A DNA stretch of 64,000 nt, taken from NCBI GenBank assembly GCA_051382335.1, contig JBBCAX010000010.1:11955-75954 (forward strand). Reading direction: 5' to 3'. The notes under the pieces are model-generated. The model did not search any database and was not told where the DNA came from. It was given only the letters and a program-made list of their open reading frames with translations. The position numbers were made by a program, and so were the translations under genes. Source of the stretch: Deltaproteobacteria bacterium TL4. Lineage in GTDB: Bacteria; SAR324; NAC60-12. Shown piece after piece: positions 1-10,740 of the stretch (position 1 is its first letter; the number at the start of each line of letters is the position of its first letter).

Positions 1-116
1 AGACTTCAGGACTCTTCTCCAATTCCTTAATGACTTGCCTTCGAGAATATAATTCATCACCAAAGATGGGCATCCCTTCAAACTTGGGAAGTTTATTAAG
101 GATCCATTCTTTTACT

Positions 117-1895
117 TTAAGCTTCCGCATATAAACTCTCAATCGTGGCTTTGTACTTATCAAGAACAATTCTACGTTTTAATTTCAAGGTAGGAGTCAA
201 GATTCCATTTTCCGAATTCCATTCCTCACCAATTAACGCAAATTTCTTAGGAGCCTCATACCCCTTGAAAGATGCGCCATAAGTCACAAGCTCCTTTTGA
301 TAAAGCGCTTTAATCTTGGGATCTTTCAAAAGTGCGTCTCCAGTAGCGTTGATACCATTATCTTGAGCATATTGAGTCAACATTTCTTTTTCAGGAGTGA
401 TTAACACCACATTGTACAATTTATTATCACCATAAAGCATCACTTGATCAATAAAGGGACTGAGTTTTAATTTTTCTTCCATAGGAGCTGGAGCAACATA
501 TTTTCCATTCTCTAATTTATACTGTTCCTTAATCCTTCCAGTGATGAATAAAAAACCATCTTCATCAAACCGTCCCAAATCACCTGTACGGAAACCACCA
601 TCCTCTGTAAAGACTTCCTTTGTTGCCTCAGGCTTGTTATGATAACCTTTCATAACATTCGGCCCATAAACAACAATCTCACCCTCAGGACTGTCTTCTC
701 CAACCACAGATTTGTCTAACGTGACGGTCACGCCAGGAATAGCCTTTCCAACACTTCCAATTCGTCGATAACGGGAAGAGTTCGCGGTACACATAGGACT
801 GGTCTCACTCAATCCATACCCTTCATAAACCAATATATTCATATTATCTATGAAGTCCGCAACATCCTTGTTCAATGCAGCTCCACCACTGATGGCATAA
901 CGAAGCCGGCCTCCAAACCGTGCACGAATCTTACTGAAAACGATCTGATCTACAAGCCACAACAGGAAGGAATCAAACAATCCCAAAGAACCTTTGGCTT
1001 TCTTAAGTTTGGATTTTTCCATTCCCAGCTCAAACAATACTTTTCCAAACCCTCCCTCGGTTTGAATCTTATTGTTCACTCCATCATAGATCTTGTTGAA
1101 GATCCGAGGAACACTAAAAAGTAATGTCGGCTGAACTTCGGCTAAATTAGCAATAATTGTCCCTGTATTTTCAGCAAACCCGGTAGATCCCCCTGATGAA
1201 AGCATACAATGCAATTCCAGAGTTTGACCAAACGAATGGGCCCAAGGCAAAAAGGAAAGACTGCTATCATCCGGAGTAATATCCAGAATTTCTTCAACAG
1301 CATTAACGTTGCTCATGATATTGTCATGGGTCAGTAACACTCCCTTGGGTTCACCAGTCGTACCTGAAGTGTAAATTAACCCCATAATATCATTGGGATC
1401 CGGTTCCTGAGAAGTTACAAGATTTTCTCTGCCAAGCTTTTTCAACCCCTTATAACTTTTCGGATCATCTTCCGGCCCCTCAATATTAATGACGTGCTCT
1501 AACGATTCGATTTGATCGACCAAATCTTTGGTTTTATCATAAATGTCTTGATTGGCGACAAGAAGCACCTTGATTCCTGAATCCTTGATAATATAGACCC
1601 AATCTTTAATGGATTGGGATTCATACATAGGAATAAACTCGGCTTTTAATCCATAGGTCGCATACGCTCCCGCTGCCCATTCAACACGATTATTAGCGAT
1701 CACACCCACTTTGTCCTGATACCCCACACCTAAAGATGCCAGACCGCCTCGAAACGAATCAACATGTTCCGCAAACTCTCCATAAGTAATCCATTCATAC
1801 CCCTTTGGCCCTTTCGTTCCAAACAAATTACGCTCTTTAAAAGTTCGGCAAGATCGTTCTTGCATATCCACTAGGTTTTTAAATTTCCCTGACAT
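117..1895 (-). CDS. long-chain fatty-acid--CoA ligase (AMP-forming acyl-CoA synthetase)
   Basis: 592 aa; AMP-binding signature YTSGTTGEPKG, GYGLSE linker motif, C-terminal lysine region; size typical of ACSL/FadD-type enzymes. Confidence 0.8.
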   Translation of the reverse strand: MSGKFKNLVDMQERSCRTFKERNLFGTKGPKGYEWITYGEFAEHVDSFRGGLASLGVGYQDKVGVIANNRVEWAAGAYATYGLKAEFIPMYESQSIKDWVYIIKDSGIKVLLVANQDIYDKTKDLVDQIESLEHVINIEGPEDDPKSYKGLKKLGRENLVTSQEPDPNDIMGLIYTSGTTGEPKGVLLTHDNIMSNVNAVEEILDITPDDSSLSFLPWAHSFGQTLELHCMLSSGGSTGFAENTGTIIANLAEVQPTLLFSVPRIFNKIYDGVNNKIQTEGGFGKVLFELGMEKSKLKKAKGSLGLFDSFLLWLVDQIVFSKIRARFGGRLRYAISGGAALNKDVADFIDNMNILVYEGYGLSETSPMCTANSSRYRRIGSVGKAIPGVTVTLDKSVVGEDSPEGEIVVYGPNVMKGYHNKPEATKEVFTEDGGFRTGDLGRFDEDGFLFITGRIKEQYKLENGKYVAPAPMEEKLKLSPFIDQVMLYGDNKLYNVVLITPEKEMLTQYAQDNGINATGDALLKDPKIKALYQKELVTYGASFKGYEAPKKFALIGEEWNSENGILTPTLKLKRRIVLDKYKATIESLYAEA

Positions 1896-2249
1896 ACCGC
1901 TCCTACAATAATCACAATTAACTCAAGTTATGATAACCATCTATCAGACTCTATTACGAATAATACATCCTTAAGTTTTTGGGTTTTTCCAGCGCACAAT
2001 TAGTTTTATGGAGACCCTCCAAATATATAATTTTCGACCGTTACTAGTTTTCCTAACAAAAAAGCATCAGTCTGTGAAGTCAAATTCAAAGAATCTGCTA
2101 ATTAATTGCGTCTTTTAAAAAAAGATACAAGGGGGAGTGTTGAAGATGAAAAAAACAATGCGAGGAATGTGACAGATAGAAGTCTAAGAATTTGGAATGA
2201 ACCGCTTGCCGCCCCTAGTTTTACAACAAGAGAGACAAACCCTATTCGG

Positions 2250-4496
2250 TCATGCATACCTGAAGGTCAGCTTTTCTTTTTCAACATCAATATAAACCTC
2301 ACCTCCCTGTTCCAGTTTTCCAAAAAGAACCTCATCCGCAAGAACAGTTTCGATTTCCTTCTGAATAAGACGATACATCGGACGTGCGCCAAAAAGGGGA
2401 TCATATCCTTTTTTTGCTAACCATTCTCTGACCTGCTCAGAAATGTTAATCACCACCTTCTTATTCTGCAGTCGTGTTTCCAAGGCGATAATAAATTTAT
2501 CAACAACCATTTTGATCACAGATTCAGACAGCGAGGCAAAAGAAATAGTGGCATCCAATCGATTTCGAAATTCAGGAGAAAATGTTTTTTCGAAGGCTTG
2601 TTTGGAAGGACCTTTGGGTACATTACTTCCAAATCCAATAGTAGAACCATTCATTTCGCTCGCACCTACATTAGAGGACATAATCAGAATCACATTTCTA
2701 AAATCTGCCTCTCGACCATTACTATCCGTTAATTTTGCATGATCCATCACTTGTAAAAGAATATTGAAAATATCAGGATGAGCCTTCTCAATTTCATCGA
2801 GTAATAACACACAATGAGGATTTTGTCGGATGCCATCCGTCAACAACCCCCCTTGATCAAAACCGACATAACCTGGAGGAGCTCCAATCAAACGGGCAAC
2901 GGTATGCTTTTCCATATATTCACTCATATCAAAGCGTCTAAAATGAATCCCCATCACTGATGCCAACTGTTTTGCTAATTCTGTCTTTCCTACGCCTGTA
3001 GGTCCCATAAAGAGAAAAGACCCGATAGGTTTATCCGGTTGGCACAAACCTGCTCTGGAACGCTTAATGGATTGAGACAAAACACGGATGGCCTCATCCT
3101 GACCAAAAACCTGAAGTTTTAACTCATTTTCCAAATCTTTAAGTTTTTCCTTTTCATTGGTATTCATCCGTTGAATCGGAATACGAGCAATACTTGCCAC
3201 CACTTTTTCAATATCACTCACCGAAACCTGCTTTCTTTTATTCCCAGGTCTTAACCTCACGGCTGCCCCTGCCTCATCAATAACGTCAATCGCTTTATCG
3301 GGTAAAAAGCGATCATTGATGTATTTTGCAGAAAGTTCAACGGCCGTTCTTAATGCCGCACGAGTATAACGTAACTGATGATGCTTTTCATATCGAGATT
3401 TCAGCCCTTCTAATATTTGGATTGATTCCTCCATAGAAGGTTCCAAGATATCAATCTTTTGAAACCGTCTGGATAAAGCACGATCCTTTTCAAAAATCTT
3501 TTTATGCTCCTCATAGGTCGTCGATCCAATGCAACGAATTTCACCTTTCGATAACACAGGTTTTAGCAAATTCGAAACATCCATAGAGCCTCCACTCGTT
3601 GCTCCGGCTCCAATAATCGTATGAATTTCATCAATGAATAAGATAGACCGCTCCTTACGCTGTAAGGCTTTCAAAACAGCTTTTATGCGCTGTTCAAAAT
3701 CCCCTCTGAATTTTGTTCCAGCAAGCAATGCTCCCATATCCAAAGAATAGATTTCAGCACCAGTCAAAAGATCTGGAACTTTATTTTCATGAATTCTTAA
3801 GGCTAAACCTTCAGCAACCGCAGTTTTACCAACGCCAGGATCTCCTACGTAAAGAGGATTGTTTTTTCGACGTCTACATAAAATTTGAATAGTCCGCTGC
3901 AGTTCCAAATCACGTCCGATGAGTGGATCCAAACGATTATCGGCGGCAAGTTTGGCAAAATTCACAGTATATAATTTTAGTGGATCTTGTTCTGTCCGTT
4001 TTGTTCCGCCTTCAGCCTCTTCCTCATCCTCTTTTTCACCAAAAGGTTCCTCCTCTTCATCTTCTACGGGCACCTTTGCCACCCCATGGGAAATGTAATT
4101 TAGCAAGTCCAAACGAGTAATTCCCTCCTTTTGTAAAAAATAGGAAGCGTAGGATTGGGACTCTCGATGAATGGCAACCAAAATATCCCCAACATCCGCA
4201 GAAGACTTGCCTGCACTATTGACATGCATGATTGCTAAATGAAGAACACGTTGCACTGCGCGTGTTTGTTGAGGATCATTTTCCTGGACACTGACTGTTG
4301 CCTGTTGTTCAAAAAACTCTTCCAAATCTCGTTTAATACGATCAATGTTACCACCACAATTTTTAATAATTCGAATCCCCCCATCATGATGCAACAAGGC
4401 GTACAAAATATGCTCCACACACAAATATTCGTGCTTACGATTTTTCGCTTCTCGTTGAGCTGCCATCAAACAGACTTCTAATTCTCTGCTAAACAT
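2250..4496 (-). CDS. clpA: ATP-dependent Clp protease ATP-binding subunit ClpA
   Basis: 748 aa; N-terminal Clp_N repeat domain, two AAA+ modules with Walker A GDPGVGKTA and GPTGVGKTE; immediately downstream of clpS on the same strand. Confidence 0.9.
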   Translation of the reverse strand: MFSRELEVCLMAAQREAKNRKHEYLCVEHILYALLHHDGGIRIIKNCGGNIDRIKRDLEEFFEQQATVSVQENDPQQTRAVQRVLHLAIMHVNSAGKSSADVGDILVAIHRESQSYASYFLQKEGITRLDLLNYISHGVAKVPVEDEEEEPFGEKEDEEEAEGGTKRTEQDPLKLYTVNFAKLAADNRLDPLIGRDLELQRTIQILCRRRKNNPLYVGDPGVGKTAVAEGLALRIHENKVPDLLTGAEIYSLDMGALLAGTKFRGDFEQRIKAVLKALQRKERSILFIDEIHTIIGAGATSGGSMDVSNLLKPVLSKGEIRCIGSTTYEEHKKIFEKDRALSRRFQKIDILEPSMEESIQILEGLKSRYEKHHQLRYTRAALRTAVELSAKYINDRFLPDKAIDVIDEAGAAVRLRPGNKRKQVSVSDIEKVVASIARIPIQRMNTNEKEKLKDLENELKLQVFGQDEAIRVLSQSIKRSRAGLCQPDKPIGSFLFMGPTGVGKTELAKQLASVMGIHFRRFDMSEYMEKHTVARLIGAPPGYVGFDQGGLLTDGIRQNPHCVLLLDEIEKAHPDIFNILLQVMDHAKLTDSNGREADFRNVILIMSSNVGASEMNGSTIGFGSNVPKGPSKQAFEKTFSPEFRNRLDATISFASLSESVIKMVVDKFIIALETRLQNKKVVINISEQVREWLAKKGYDPLFGARPMYRLIQKEIETVLADEVLFGKLEQGGEVYIDVEKEKLTFRYA

Positions 4497-4571
4497 AATC
4501 TCTCCTGAATTTCAAACTTCTTCATAACCACTCAGCATAGAAATGTGAGTCCGCGAAATAGGTCTGAATCA

Positions 4572-4880
4572 TTACACTTCTTCCAAACTGGCTTTTAACG
4601 GAAATTCATATTGATTTGCAAGATCATGAACTTCAGCCACTTTAGTTTCGGCTATCTCATAGGTATAAACCCCACAAATCCCAACACCCTGATTATGAAC
4701 ATGCAACATGATTTGCATTGCTTCTGCAGAACTTTTTTTAAAAATCAACTCCAACACATACACGACAAATTCCATCGTCGTGTAGTCATCGTTATGAAGC
4801 AAGACCCTATACAGGGACGGTCGTTTTATTTTGTGCTTTGTTTTTGTAGCGACACTTTCATCTGTCTTAAAATCAGCCAT
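4572..4880 (-). CDS. clpS: ATP-dependent Clp protease adaptor ClpS
   Basis: 102 aa; conserved ClpS core ([23 protein letters not shown]); canonical clpS-clpA gene order. Confidence 0.85.
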   Translation of the reverse strand: MADFKTDESVATKTKHKIKRPSLYRVLLHNDDYTTMEFVVYVLELIFKKSSAEAMQIMLHVHNQGVGICGVYTYEIAETKVAEVHDLANQYEFPLKASLEEV

Positions 4881-5050
4881 CTATACCTCCAGAAAGGGGA
4901 TCATTACCTACTTTCCCAAACATTCGATCACCCTTTCTCAACTGAGCCTAATCCACTGTTCCCTTGATCGGATTCATTCAACTCCATAACGTATACACTG
5001 TCCTCAAAACGTAAAGATGTCAACGCCTTTTCATTAATATCAAGCATATC

Positions 5051-5932
5051 TTACTGATTTTCCAAATAGATTTTACTTCCTGGAGGAACACTATGCGTCA
5101 ACCACACATTCCCTCCGATTATCGATCCTTGACCAATAACGGTTTTCCCTCCCAAAATAGTAGCTCCCGCATAGAGCACAACATGATCTTCAATCGTGGG
5201 ATGTCGCTTTACATTAGAATGTCTATCTTTTTTATCCGGACTTAAGGCACCGATGGTCACCCCTTGGTAGATTCTAACATAATCTTGGATAATTGAGGTT
5301 TCCCCTATCACAATCCCTGTTCCATGATCAATCATCGTACCTTTCCCTAAGGTTGCTCCAGGATGAATATCAATACCTGTTTGAGAATGAATATATTCGC
5401 TCATGATTCTTGGTAAGATTGGAACATTCCTTTTAAAGAAAAAATGAGCAATCCGATGAATACTTAAAGCTTGTAACCCTGGATAAGCAAAAACGATTTC
5501 CCGTTTGCTTCTGGCGGCAGGATCACCTTCATAAATCGCTTCTACATCTTCCGCCAAAATTTCGCGCATCCCTGGTAAAGACTCCAGGAACTCAAAGGCG
5601 ATGTCCTTCACATTGGTTTTAAATTTTTGAGTATCCGTACAATTGATTCCATTCTGAGCCGCTTCCCAACAAAAAATTTGTTCCATGTACTCTTGTAAGC
5701 GATGAAAGATCGAAACTGATTTCTGTCCAATCACATAGGGTAACTCTAAAGTTTCCATGGATTCTTGGCGAATCAAACCAGGAAAAAGTAACACTTGAAT
5801 ATCTTTTGCCAGTAAAATGATATTCTCTTTTGCGGGTAAAATGGTTCGTCCCATTTGTTCAATTTCAGGATGCTTATGATAAGAATCCAAAATCAAATTC
5901 ACCGCTGTAGCTAATCGACGTTGATCATCCAT
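5051..5932 (-). CDS. cysE: serine O-acetyltransferase
   Basis: 293 aa; N-terminal SAT helical domain, C-terminal left-handed hexapeptide repeats (GTGIVIGETSII, GVTIGALS, GATILGGKTVIGQGSIIGGNVWL); start codon adjoins the cysK stop. Confidence 0.8.
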   Translation of the reverse strand: MDDQRRLATAVNLILDSYHKHPEIEQMGRTILPAKENIILLAKDIQVLLFPGLIRQESMETLELPYVIGQKSVSIFHRLQEYMEQIFCWEAAQNGINCTDTQKFKTNVKDIAFEFLESLPGMREILAEDVEAIYEGDPAARSKREIVFAYPGLQALSIHRIAHFFFKRNVPILPRIMSEYIHSQTGIDIHPGATLGKGTMIDHGTGIVIGETSIIQDYVRIYQGVTIGALSPDKKDRHSNVKRHPTIEDHVVLYAGATILGGKTVIGQGSIIGGNVWLTHSVPPGSKIYLENQ

Positions 5933-6858
5933 TAATATCCCCTTTTAAACAAAGCGGTCATCATATAATGTTCCGCACCATCTGGTAAGATTACCAAAAT
6001 ATTTTTATTTGAGCCTTCTTCTTTTGCGATTTTCAAGGCAGCCCACATATTTGCTCCTGAAGATATTCCCACAAGAATGCCTTCTTTCGCCGCAATCTGC
6101 CGAGAAACCTTTAAAGCATCTTCATCGGATACACCGATAATCTGATCGACTACCCGAGTATCATAATTTTCCGGAATAAATCCGGCACCAATGCCTTGAA
6201 TCCCATGCAACCCAGGTTCCCTTCCAGCCAGTACAGCGGAAGAAAGGGGTTCAACCGCAATATTTTTGATTCCCTGAAAATGTTTTTTCAACACTCTCCC
6301 AACACCACTCAAAGTTCCCCCTGTTCCAACACCGGCAACAAAATAGTCCAAATTCAGTTCGCTGAAATCCTCCAAGATTTCACGAGCTGTGTAGGCTTCA
6401 TGAGCCTTAGGATTTGCAGGATTACTGAATTGGTATGCCATATAGTAACCCCTTTCTTTGACCAGGGTTTGAGCTACTTCAATGGCACCTCGCATTCCCA
6501 ACTCTCCTGGCGTTAGAATAATCTCAGCACCCAAAAATTCTAACAACGCACGACGTTCAAAACTCATGGTATCCGGCATCGTTAATATCATACGATACCC
6601 TCGTACCGTTGCAACCATAGCCAAGCCTATTCCGGTATTCCCTGAAGTGGGTTCCACAAGAACATCCCCGGGCTTAATCTTTCCTTCTCGCTCAGCTTCC
6701 AGTATCATATTCAGAGCAATCCGATCCTTAACACTTCCACCTGGATTAAACCGCTCCAGCTTGGCATATATGTTCCCATCACTTTCTTCAGTAATTTGAT
6801 TCATCTTCACAACCGGAGTATTCCCAATGGTTTCAAGAACATCCTTATAAATTGCCAC
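5932..6858 (-). CDS. cysK: cysteine synthase A (O-acetylserine sulfhydrylase)
   Basis: 308 aa; PLP-lysine motif NPGGSVKDR, glycine-rich loop GVGTGGT, TSGNTGIGLA; adjacent to cysE. Confidence 0.88.
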   Translation of the reverse strand: MAIYKDVLETIGNTPVVKMNQITEESDGNIYAKLERFNPGGSVKDRIALNMILEAEREGKIKPGDVLVEPTSGNTGIGLAMVATVRGYRMILTMPDTMSFERRALLEFLGAEIILTPGELGMRGAIEVAQTLVKERGYYMAYQFSNPANPKAHEAYTAREILEDFSELNLDYFVAGVGTGGTLSGVGRVLKKHFQGIKNIAVEPLSSAVLAGREPGLHGIQGIGAGFIPENYDTRVVDQIIGVSDEDALKVSRQIAAKEGILVGISSGANMWAALKIAKEEGSNKNILVILPDGAEHYMMTALFKRGY

Positions 6859-7407
6859 GTGCTTCTCCTAAATTTTTAATTGAAGTTTATATCTATTATG
6901 ACCTATTTTTCTCAGAAACGGAAAAATTCGCTGTCATAGAATCCCACTTTAATCCAAGTCCAGTCCAAAAAACAACCATCGAAGCTTCACAAAGGGCCTC
7001 CATGCTCTGCGTGAAAACCAGGACTTCGACGCTTTGCGTTCTCTTCGCCTCCAAAGCGTTTCGTTCACACGGGAAACAGGAAAACATAATTTTGAAAAGT
7101 TATTCTTATTCGGTTATCACAAGACACACTATCCTTCATATTTCCCAATATCGATGAACTATATTGCTTTAATTTCCTTGATATAAGTGTTAATGCTAAT
7201 ATAATAACCATTTTAGCCCTTAGTGCATTGAGTCAAAAGCTTATAATGATTGTCGGAGCATTTTTTAAATTTTGAAATGCTTGATCCATTGATACTAGAA
7301 TTTGAACAATCAGACAATAAATAAAATCGGATGACACTTTCTAGTCTAATCATAATGAACATTTGACAATGTACTAGATATTAATATTTTCCATGTAAAG
7401 GATCGTT

Positions 7408-7656
7408 ATGTGGGTTCAGTTAAAAGGAGAGTCCATTAATCTAGACAATGTGTGTCGATTCTGGCTTGAAAAAGACCTTTCCGATGACAAATCTATTATA
7501 CCTACTTTGAAAATTCAACTCTCGAATCATCGATCAAACGAATGGTTGGAATTCGAAATTTATGCGGAGGACGACTCTGGAAAATCGAGTATTGAATTAG
7601 CGGAATCAATGTTGAGCGATTTACGATCCTTATTAGGACAACACATCTTACTTTAG
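7408..7656 (+). CDS. hypothetical small acidic protein
   Basis: 82-aa ORF preceded by AAGGA RBS (taaaggatcgttATG) in an AT-rich intergenic region; no recognisable domain. Confidence 0.35.
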   Translation: MWVQLKGESINLDNVCRFWLEKDLSDDKSIIPTLKIQLSNHRSNEWLEFEIYAEDDSGKSSIELAESMLSDLRSLLGQHILL

Positions 7657-7781
7657 TCATACGGTTATTGTTTGTTTCCATGACATAAGGCCTAACAAAC
7701 CCTCAGTCCAAAGATTGCCTCGCTCTTTTTAACTGATTGTTGGCAATTCCGAAAATATCACTTTTAAAAATATTGAATAAA

Positions 7782-8450
7782 ATGCAGTCTTATAAAATTG
7801 AATTTATTGAGTTTATCGTTAAAGTTAAAGCTCTTCAGTTTGGTGAGTTTACTTTGAAAAGTGGTCGCATTTCACCCTATTTTTTTAATGCCTCTCTTTT
7901 CAATTCAGGCACCCTGGTATCTAAGTTAGGATATTTTTATGCTAAGGCAGCTCAAGAACTTGATCCCCATCATACTGTGATTTTTGGTCCTTCCTATAAA
8001 GGGATTCCCTTGTGTGTCACAACAGCCATAGCAATGAGCACACTCTTCAATAAAGAGGTAGGCTATTTTTTTGACCGTAAAGAGCAAAAAACTCATGGAG
8101 ATAAGGGAATCCTGGTAGGATACCAACCTCAGGCGAATGATCGGATAATTATGGTTGATGACGTCATTACCGATGGGCTGACAAAAAAAGAAGCGCTAAA
8201 ACTGATAGAAAAACTCACACCTGCTTCAATTATTGGAATTATTGTTGCGGTAGACCGGATGGAACGAAATGCAGAGGGTGAAAATACCTTGAAAGCCTTT
8301 CAAAAAGATACAGGTGTCCCTGTCAGAGCCATAGTTTCCATCAATGAAATTTCTCAGTACCTGTTGAATCGTAATATTGAAGGTAGTGTTTATCTCAATC
8401 AGGAAACTTATGACCGAATAGAAACATACCTAAAGCAATTCTGCGTTTGA
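7782..8450 (+). CDS. pyrE: orotate phosphoribosyltransferase
   Basis: PRPP-binding motif IIMVDDVITDGLTK; type I PRTase size when started at MQSYKIEF (the ORF track begins 15 codons upstream at 7737). Confidence 0.7.
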   Translation: MQSYKIEFIEFIVKVKALQFGEFTLKSGRISPYFFNASLFNSGTLVSKLGYFYAKAAQELDPHHTVIFGPSYKGIPLCVTTAIAMSTLFNKEVGYFFDRKEQKTHGDKGILVGYQPQANDRIIMVDDVITDGLTKKEALKLIEKLTPASIIGIIVAVDRMERNAEGENTLKAFQKDTGVPVRAIVSINEISQYLLNRNIEGSVYLNQETYDRIETYLKQFCV

Positions 8451-8457
8451 TGATTTT

Positions 8458-9099
8458 ATGCCTTTATTAAACAACCCGCACTTTGATTTAAAACAAAATA
8501 TTGCTAACTTCAGCCCCCCCGAAAACCATAATGTTGAAACCAAAGCAGCGATATTGATCCCAATTATTGAAAAAAACAATGAACTTTATTTACTGTTAAC
8601 CCAGCGTTCCAAAGACCTGCGAACTCATTCTGGACAAGTAGCCTTTCCAGGTGGGAAAAAAGATGAAGAGGATGAAACATTATTTGACACGGTTTTAAGA
8701 GAAAGCTGGGAAGAAATCAAATTACCCAAAGAAAAAATTAATATTATCGGACAACTCGATCAGATCATTTCATCCTATGGTTATCTGGTAACTCCTTTCG
8801 TTGGATGGATACTCAATCCTTTTAGTCCAACCGCCAATACCATGGAAATAGAAAGCACTTTCGAAGTACCGCTTACTTTTTTTATGGATGAAAGCCATCA
8901 CACTGCGGAAGTTATTGAACGAAGATCCTATACCTATTACTCTCATCATTTTTTATTTGGCCAATATGATATTTGGGGAATGACCGCTTTATTAATACTG
9001 AGACTCCTGGAAGTAGGCCTTGGACACACGCCCAGTTTCCCAGTTCATCATCCACAATCTCCTTCCTGGATGGAGCTTTCACAAAGCTATCATGATTAA
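8458..9099 (+). CDS. Nudix hydrolase (CoA pyrophosphatase-like)
   Basis: 213 aa; Nudix box GGKKDEEDETLFDTVLRESWEEIKL (Gx5Ex7REUxEExGU pattern). Confidence 0.7.
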   Translation: MPLLNNPHFDLKQNIANFSPPENHNVETKAAILIPIIEKNNELYLLLTQRSKDLRTHSGQVAFPGGKKDEEDETLFDTVLRESWEEIKLPKEKINIIGQLDQIISSYGYLVTPFVGWILNPFSPTANTMEIESTFEVPLTFFMDESHHTAEVIERRSYTYYSHHFLFGQYDIWGMTALLILRLLEVGLGHTPSFPVHHPQSPSWMELSQSYHD

Positions 9100-9259
9100 T
9101 GGGGAATTATTGAAATGATCTTTGTTAGTCCTTTTCGTATGAACCGTTTCCTTCTCGCTTGGGAGGATATTAAAACGTAATCCTTAACGCTTTCTGCTTC
9201 CATCATCAAACTGTTCTGAGAATTTTCTTTCCTGATACCCATCTTTAACTCCTTTTAGA

Positions 9260-9288
9260 ATAAGAACAATTGCCGCTATTGTTCTTAT
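9260..9288. terminator. hairpin between convergent Nudix and gspF-like genes
   Basis: perfect 11-bp stem ataagaacaat/attgttcttat with 7-nt loop; lies between two convergent stop codons, but flanking U-tracts are weak. Confidence 0.35.
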
Positions 9289-9371
9289 CGACAATATTTG
9301 ATGATTCTTGAATATAAGGGGGATAATTTTATTCAGCTATTAGACGAGGGAGGAGGATCAGAGTGCAAACA

Positions 9372-10541
9372 TTAAAAATGAGAGGCTAAACTGAAAATCG
9401 GTAAATAAATTGATAACAGTACCATCAAGACACCCACTGAAATAAAAATCATCAGAACCGGCTCTATTAAGGCATTCATTTTACTCGTTCTTTTTTCAAT
9501 GTCCTCTTGAAAAATCAATGCTATTCGCTCAAATGCCGCAGACAGGGATCCACTAGATTCGCCGATTCCAACTAACTGTACAAAGATCGGAGGAAAAAAA
9601 GGCATGTTTTTATACGTTTCTTCTAAAGGTTGTCCTGAGGCAATCTGCTCATGCAGTTCTTTGATCTGATATTTCATGCTAGTGGAAAAAATAGTTTCAG
9701 CCAAGGTTAAAGCATGACTCAAATGCACTCCCGACTTTAACATCATATTCAACGAATTGGCATAGGTGTAAAGCATCGAACTTTTAACGATTTTTCTACC
9801 TCCCGGAAAAAAGTTAATAAAACAGGTTCCCCCTTTTAGTCGATAAAAATACCAAACCCCAAACATACAAATTATTCCCCCCACAACCCAATAAAAAGGA
9901 TAGAACCGAAGCGAATCACTTAACATAATCATTCCCTTCGTACTGGCAGGGAGATTGCCCTTTAAAGAGAGAAACATTCTCTTAAACATAGGAACTACAT
10001 AAACTAATAAACCTAAAAACAAAATAAAAGCGATCCCCAGTACGGTCATTGGATAGCTAAGAATTTTCTGCCTTTCCTTCAGCATACGATTTTTAATTTC
10101 AAAATAATCCAGTAAATATTGAATTGCTTCAGGCAAACGGTCCGTATTTTCAGCAACTTGAATCAACTGTATGAAAATGGGGGGAAAGCAATGATAACGT
10201 TGAAAGGCCTCACTTAACCTTTTTCCTTCACTCAGATCTTGACGTATCATGCTAATAATATAGCTGTAAAAATGGTTAGTCTGAAAACGAATAATAAAAT
10301 TTAAAGAATCATAAAATTCCATTCCAGACTTTAATAAACGATGAAGATTATTTAAAAAATTAACCAACATCTCATCACTTAAAGGAGCATTCAATTGAAA
10401 CTCTGATATTCTTGAAAATTTAAGTTTAAATATATTTTTTTTATAGAGTTGTTTTTTACCCTCACTAACATCGGAGCACTCTATCCCTCCTTCAACTTTC
10501 TTCCCTTCAATATCTTGCCCACTCCAAAAAAAACATCCCAT
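9372..10541 (-). CDS. type II secretion / type IV pilus inner-membrane platform protein (GspF/PilC family)
   Basis: 389 aa; duplicated T2SSF cytoplasmic domains each ending in the FPPIF..L....E..G.L motif (CFPPIFIQLIQVAENTDRLPEA and PFFPPIFVQLVGIGESSGSLSAAFE); three TM segments. Confidence 0.8.
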   Translation of the reverse strand: MGCFFWSGQDIEGKKVEGGIECSDVSEGKKQLYKKNIFKLKFSRISEFQLNAPLSDEMLVNFLNNLHRLLKSGMEFYDSLNFIIRFQTNHFYSYIISMIRQDLSEGKRLSEAFQRYHCFPPIFIQLIQVAENTDRLPEAIQYLLDYFEIKNRMLKERQKILSYPMTVLGIAFILFLGLLVYVVPMFKRMFLSLKGNLPASTKGMIMLSDSLRFYPFYWVVGGIICMFGVWYFYRLKGGTCFINFFPGGRKIVKSSMLYTYANSLNMMLKSGVHLSHALTLAETIFSTSMKYQIKELHEQIASGQPLEETYKNMPFFPPIFVQLVGIGESSGSLSAAFERIALIFQEDIEKRTSKMNALIEPVLMIFISVGVLMVLLSIYLPIFSLASHF

Positions 10542-10740
10542 TACTTCTTATCCTCGGGAAATACTTCAATTTCCAAAAATTGAATCTTGTTAACTTCGAA
10601 AATAAACTTGTCATTCGACGCTGGTATTGTTACATTCAGGTTTCAAATGGTGTGCAATTCTGTTAAGTCTCATCAATCTCCCGAACCGTATTCTACACGA
10701 GTTTTGGCTATTTTATTCCATTTAATTCAAAAAGGTCGTT

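Noticed and set aside
1-74. Possible start of a minus-strand gene running off the left edge (MPIFGDELYSRRQV...)
   Set aside because: Only 24 codons are visible and there is no clear RBS, so it cannot be supported.
2106-2420. 104-aa + strand ORF between the acyl-CoA ligase and clpA
   Set aside because: It overlaps the 3' end of clpA antisense and has low-complexity translation, no RBS and no motif, so it is likely a spurious ORF in a promoter or terminator region.
6990-7070. Short inverted repeat cgctttg..caaagcg in the cysK upstream region
   Set aside because: It is a 7-bp stem with an 18-nt loop, which is weak, and no T-box or other leader features were recognisable.
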